The position numbers and the translations under genes are program-made. The notes beneath the pieces are model-generated. The model did not search any database. It saw nothing but the letters and a program-made list of their open reading frames with translations, and was not told the DNA's origin. A DNA stretch of 64,000 bases from an uncultured virus (IMG/VR IMGVR_UViG_3300032030_000042) (lineage: Duplodnaviria; Heunggongvirae; Uroviricota; Caudoviricetes), in IMG/VR virus record IMGVR_UViG_3300032030_000042. One strand, 5' to 3'. Of the stretch, positions 59,817-64,000 are shown piece after piece; the first letter of the stretch is position 1, and the number at the start of each line of letters is the position of its first letter.

Positions 59817-60710
59817 TTATTCTAAATTTGAAATTTTACTCAATATAGTGTCAAGTTGTCCTTTAATAGCAGTAAATTGCGCAGCATTTGATGGAGGACT
59901 TGTTGGTCCAGATGGACTAACTACTGTAATAGCCATAATAGCATCTATGAGGTCTGAAAGAATTCCTTTTAAGGTATCGCCCAAAACCATTGGTTCTTTA
60001 CCCTTATTATGATTAATTTTCTTTGAAATAATGTCAATTTCTCCATCCTTTGTTATTATTTCATTTTCAAATTCATCCTTATAGTGAAAACCTTTTTCGG
60101 CTTCATACTGTATTTCAGTTTTAGTTTCTCCGTCCTTAGTGACGTTCACAGCCACTTTCCCACTTGTTATGACGTTTAATGCCGACTCAGGATATAAGTT
60201 TACCTCATTATCGCATTCAAGATTTATAGACGAATCTTTATTGACCGACGTAACCTTAATATTCAAATTTGCGGCTTCCTGGTCATCTCCAATGATATTG
60301 ATATTTAAATTAGAAGTATTGGCATCAAAGAATACTTCAACAACTTTACCCTCAAATTCGCATTTATGATAGCGTTGATATTGACTTAGAGGAAAATACT
60401 CATCTTGATTTCTTAATACCGCCACAATAACTGGACGTTGAGATATACTATCTTTAACCCACACTACAGCGGTGCCTCTGGTATCATTATCTACATTCGT
60501 TGGAAAGCGTAATTGCTGCATAACATCAATATCTACAGCAACGCCACTGAAATAGCCATAACCAAGACCACCATTAATGGTTACTGTATTTGTTCGATAG
60601 CAATCTTCTATATATTGCTCTCTATCTACTTCATTTGGTACAACAATAAAACCAATACCACCACTACCAATATCTTGAAATATATTTCGTATGCCTAAAT
60701 GTTCTTCCAT
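59817..60710 (-). CDS. baseplate central spike (gpV/gp5-like)
   Basis: OB-like N-terminus, beta repeats, EPMVLGD...PSGPTSPP C-terminus. Confidence 0.65.
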   Translation of the reverse strand: MEEHLGIRNIFQDIGSGGIGFIVVPNEVDREQYIEDCYRTNTVTINGGLGYGYFSGVAVDIDVMQQLRFPTNVDNDTRGTAVVWVKDSISQRPVIVAVLRNQDEYFPLSQYQRYHKCEFEGKVVEVFFDANTSNLNINIIGDDQEAANLNIKVTSVNKDSSINLECDNEVNLYPESALNVITSGKVAVNVTKDGETKTEIQYEAEKGFHYKDEFENEIITKDGEIDIISKKINHNKGKEPMVLGDTLKGILSDLIDAIMAITVVSPSGPTSPPSNAAQFTAIKGQLDTILSKISNLE

Positions 60711-60714
60711 GTCA

Positions 60715-62406
60715 TTATCTTAATTTAACATCAACTTGACTTTTCCCAGGCTCAGAATCATAACCACTCCATTGCAAATTAATAGGTTCCTCTTTATTGT
60801 CAAAATTAAAAAAGTCGATACTTTGATTCTTTGCCATGAAAAATCCAAAATTATCTCTATCAACTTTAAATTTACTAACTACTTCAAGCCAATTTTTCTT
60901 CGTTACTTTATTGGGGTCAAAACCTCCAAAATCAATAATATTAAAATAACTATATGTCTTGTTAATCTTATTGTCATGCACTCCTTCAATATAACTATAC
61001 ACCATGCCTCTGGATACTTGAAGCGTAGTAATACGATGAGTCCCTCCTGAAGAAACTTCAAATGAATTCTGTACCGAATCAACATAAAAGTATTCTTGCG
61101 TAGGACTGAAATAAATCCATGTACCACGCTTAAATCTTCTATCGCCTTTTATAGTAATTGTACCACGTCTAGTAAAAGCGTTGTATGCGTTACTTTCAAT
61201 TAAGTATTTTAAATCATTTACCGCATTTTGAATATTACGTTCACCATTACTACCAGGAGCACTTTGAGATTCATCATGAGAACCAGATAAAACCTTATTC
61301 CAATAATTACTTTCTATACATAATGGTTTACTACCATATAATGCAGCAAATTCAGGGAAAAATACCGCTGGAATGAATAATTCAGTTTGTTTAACATTCA
61401 TCATTTCAGCAGTCGGAATATACCTATACCATGAATAAATATTTTGCGTATTCCATTCTAATTGCGTAGAAATAACGTTAGCATTAGAAATAATACCAAC
61501 CCACGATTGTTTAATATGACGCATTATACTTTCCTTATCAAAAGGAGGTTTGCGTATAATCCAATAATATTGACTTCCATATGTATCGCCCATAAATTCT
61601 ACCATAGGTTCTTGACAAACATTTTTAAAAAAATTAATCAGCGAACCTTGCAATGTAGAAATAGCATATGTGGATAATTGCCGTCCTTCTACACTACTAT
61701 CAATCAATACTTTAATAATTTGCCAAATACCTGGAGCAAGTTTTTCTGTAGTGGTATAGGTGACTCTCGGTTTTCTTTTCTTTTTTGCTTCTGTAGCATT
61801 AGTTTTTATTTCCTTCTGAATAGCAGGATTATATTTACTCTTAGATTGAGACTTTAAATCCGCATCAGAAAAATATTTCATATCTGGGAAAGTGGCGCAA
61901 ACTAATTTGCCGCTCTTAGCATAACGCAATTCGTAATTTGCTAAAAAGAAAAATTTAGGGTCAACAGCATTACCGCCACTGTTACCGCCTTTTCGTATTT
62001 CAAGATGAAGATGCGGACCAGTAGAAGCACCACAGTTAGGTTTATCGTTTGTTGCTCCTCCGGAATACGCTAATGGTTGTCCAGCAGTATAAGTTCTACC
62101 AACCTGAATACCATTGAAAATTCTACTCAAATGATGAAACAAAATATAAAAATCAATGCCATTAACATTACGTTTTAAAATAATGTGTAATCCAGCACCA
62201 TTAGCTTGCACTCCTATTGAAAAAACAGTAGCAGTCCATGGAAAACATAATAATGTACCAGATGGAATATCTATATCAATTCCATTATGATTTTTTATTG
62301 TTCCGCTACCAAATGGGTCTTTTCTTTTACCAAAATCTGAAGTGATTATCAGCCTTGTATTATACCCATAGATAAATTTACTGAAAGTTGGTATATTAAT
62401 CATCAT
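60715..62406 (-). CDS. M23 peptidase fused to the C-terminal half of a baseplate hub
   Basis: ITSDFGKR.DP...HNGID, STGPHLHLEIR, VDP; then EP..EF, RKPPFD, GTITIKG.RRFKRG, FYVDSV. Confidence 0.75.
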   Translation of the reverse strand: MMINIPTFSKFIYGYNTRLIITSDFGKRKDPFGSGTIKNHNGIDIDIPSGTLLCFPWTATVFSIGVQANGAGLHIILKRNVNGIDFYILFHHLSRIFNGIQVGRTYTAGQPLAYSGGATNDKPNCGASTGPHLHLEIRKGGNSGGNAVDPKFFFLANYELRYAKSGKLVCATFPDMKYFSDADLKSQSKSKYNPAIQKEIKTNATEAKKKRKPRVTYTTTEKLAPGIWQIIKVLIDSSVEGRQLSTYAISTLQGSLINFFKNVCQEPMVEFMGDTYGSQYYWIIRKPPFDKESIMRHIKQSWVGIISNANVISTQLEWNTQNIYSWYRYIPTAEMMNVKQTELFIPAVFFPEFAALYGSKPLCIESNYWNKVLSGSHDESQSAPGSNGERNIQNAVNDLKYLIESNAYNAFTRRGTITIKGDRRFKRGTWIYFSPTQEYFYVDSVQNSFEVSSGGTHRITTLQVSRGMVYSYIEGVHDNKINKTYSYFNIIDFGGFDPNKVTKKNWLEVVSKFKVDRDNFGFFMAKNQSIDFFNFDNKEEPINLQWSGYDSEPGKSQVDVKLR

Positions 62407-63781
62407 TTTGTTTCTTTTTAGGTTCTAAATGAGTGAATTTTGTTCGTTCGTCTCCCCATGAATCAAATAAACTTCCTGGAACAACTTCAATGTTTGATAA
62501 TTGCGAAAGAATGCCCTTTATTACAAAATCAATATCTTTATTAATAGCATTAGCAAACACATCAATTTCTCCTCCAAGACGACGCAAACGACGCATAGGA
62601 TTAGCGGTAAATCCTCTTAAATAGTCAACACCCTGCATATCGCCTTGAACAGAATCGTTATAATTAGCAAATAACTTATTTGATTCATAGGCAGTTGAAA
62701 TATTAAAGAAGAAAGAACCATCATCGAGTAAAAGTTTCATTAAATCACGACCAGTAATCTCAACATATGCAGAGGCATTTTCTTCATTAGTCACAACCCT
62801 TACTGAATCAACTAATCCAATCATATCATAAACTCCATAATGTAAATTACGTTCATAATTCTTAAATTCGTTTGATTTACCCCACGAACTTTTACCAGCA
62901 GTACCATCTTCTCGCTCAAACCATTCATAAGTTGCTTCCATTTCCAATCTTTCCATTGAAAGTAAAAGTAAATCATTATTGCTTATTAACCAAGAAAAAT
63001 AGTCTTTTAAATAAGGTATATTTTGATTCGTCTTTGCGTAATATTGACTTTCGCCGTATTTATCGGCTTCATAAGAAACGCTTATGCTTGACAAATTTTC
63101 TGGGTCAGATTCTTGATACCAGTTTCCTGCTTTAAAGTTTTTGCGTCTTATTATAGGTAATTTTATCGTAAACGTCCCGCCATTAGGAGTAACAGAAATA
63201 TTCATGGCAATAACATACTCACTAATATCATGCCATTGTAATGAATCGGGACTTGCATTAATACTATTAGTCCTCCCTTTTGAACCAGTGCCAAAATTAT
63301 ACGAACTTTTAAACCACCCAATAACTGTACAATCAGGACGTTGTTTTGATACATTTCCCTCATTTCCTTCTGCTACATAACCCTCGTCCTGCATTATATT
63401 CTGAATCTTTTCATCCAAAAATGCAACATAATCATTAGTGTTTACCTGCAAATTACTTTGAATAATGGCTATTTCAGCCTTAATGTCGTTTGGATTTACC
63501 TTTAATGCAGATGGATATGGTAAATATGAATAAATAGTTAAATCATCGGCAGAATTTGGATATTTACCACTCCTTTTTTCTTCAGATTTTTTATCGTTAA
63601 TGGTATATTGACTCCAAATGAAAGTTCTATTTACATCAAGTAAATTTTTAGCAACATCATTCTGACTTCTATCAGGATTTTGTGCATCATATATGTAATT
63701 TAACTTAACAAAATCAACTATCGTAATATCCTTTCTTCTTACAGGAAGGATAATGATATCGTTATTATTTTCTTGTGCCAT
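62396..63781 (-). CDS. baseplate hub-like protein, N-terminal half
   Basis: GTFTIKL, ISNNDL, MIGLVDSV...VEITGRDLMKLLLD. Confidence 0.6.
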   Translation of the reverse strand: MAQENNNDIIILPVRRKDITIVDFVKLNYIYDAQNPDRSQNDVAKNLLDVNRTFIWSQYTINDKKSEEKRSGKYPNSADDLTIYSYLPYPSALKVNPNDIKAEIAIIQSNLQVNTNDYVAFLDEKIQNIMQDEGYVAEGNEGNVSKQRPDCTVIGWFKSSYNFGTGSKGRTNSINASPDSLQWHDISEYVIAMNISVTPNGGTFTIKLPIIRRKNFKAGNWYQESDPENLSSISVSYEADKYGESQYYAKTNQNIPYLKDYFSWLISNNDLLLLSMERLEMEATYEWFEREDGTAGKSSWGKSNEFKNYERNLHYGVYDMIGLVDSVRVVTNEENASAYVEITGRDLMKLLLDDGSFFFNISTAYESNKLFANYNDSVQGDMQGVDYLRGFTANPMRRLRRLGGEIDVFANAINKDIDFVIKGILSQLSNIEVVPGSLFDSWGDERTKFTHLEPKKKQNDD

Positions 63782-64000
63782 TATCTATTTCCTCCTCCTG
63801 AAGCAATTGGTGGTGTAGCATTCCCCCAAACCCTACCATTTGTTCCTGTAACACCATCACGTATTTCAGTCAATAAAATTTTAATATCATTTACCGCACG
63901 TGTCCAACCAGCCGTCATTTCAGTAGCATCTCTAAACGCTTGTTCACCCCAACCGGAAGTCCAATCTCGTTTATTTGGGTCACCACCGCCCTTTGTATAA
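63781..64000 (-). CDS. 3' end of an upstream tail gene (possibly tape measure)
   Basis: open frame YTKGGGDPNKRDW...GGGNR* whose TAA overlaps the hub ATG. Confidence 0.5.
   Translation of the reverse strand, partial: YTKGGGDPNKRDWTSGWGEQAFRDATEMTAGWTRAVNDIKILLTEIRDGVTGTNGRVWGNATPPIASGGGNR

Noticed and set aside
682..64000. Plus-strand ORFs, including Ser/Phe-rich ones at 32320, 41652 and 41665
   Set aside because: Antisense shadows of well-supported minus-strand genes
1..64000. Stop-codon reassignment (code 15 or 4)
   Set aside because: Conserved genes are full-length in code 11, TAG and TGA end genes at natural boundaries, and there is no suppressor tRNA
1..64000. CRISPR array, DGR/retron, integrase or IS
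   Set aside because: No regularly spaced repeats, reverse transcriptase, recombinase or transposase motifs seen; the four-copy element is dispersed

Overview
This 64-kb window is part of a large AT-rich dsDNA myophage. Its A-rich, mostly SD-less gene starts suggest a Bacteroidota host, but that is inference. Essentially all genes are on the minus strand and use the standard code. In transcription order (high to low coordinate) there is first the end of a tail/baseplate module (hub split into two ORFs with an M23 peptidase, spike, baseplate J, wedge proteins, a fibre with an SGNH esterase), then a ~670-bp non-coding gap. Next is a replication/recombination module: SF2 helicase, DnaB, primase, sigma-like factor, thymidylate-synthase-family enzyme, DnaE split in two by a GIY-YIG gene, HD hydrolase, dNMP kinase, UvsY, SSB, RecA, SbcCD, RuvC, a second sigma-like factor and two UvrD paralogues. 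Then come three tRNAs, small accessory ORFs, HU, DnaQ, terminase, a radical SAM protein, dUTPase, class II RNR, an NDP-sugar epimerase and a FEN/RNase H. The most notable observations are: (1) a fractured DnaE whose halves carry intein-like but catalytically incomplete tails; (2) a stand-alone ~350-nt non-coding transcription unit with many long-range pairings; (3) a second structured RNA inside the tRNA cluster; (4) a probable 5-hydroxymethyl-dU pathway wrapped around a family C polymerase; and (5) three classes of recurring upstream motifs that fit a two-sigma cascade. All calls come from reading motifs by eye; no searches were run.
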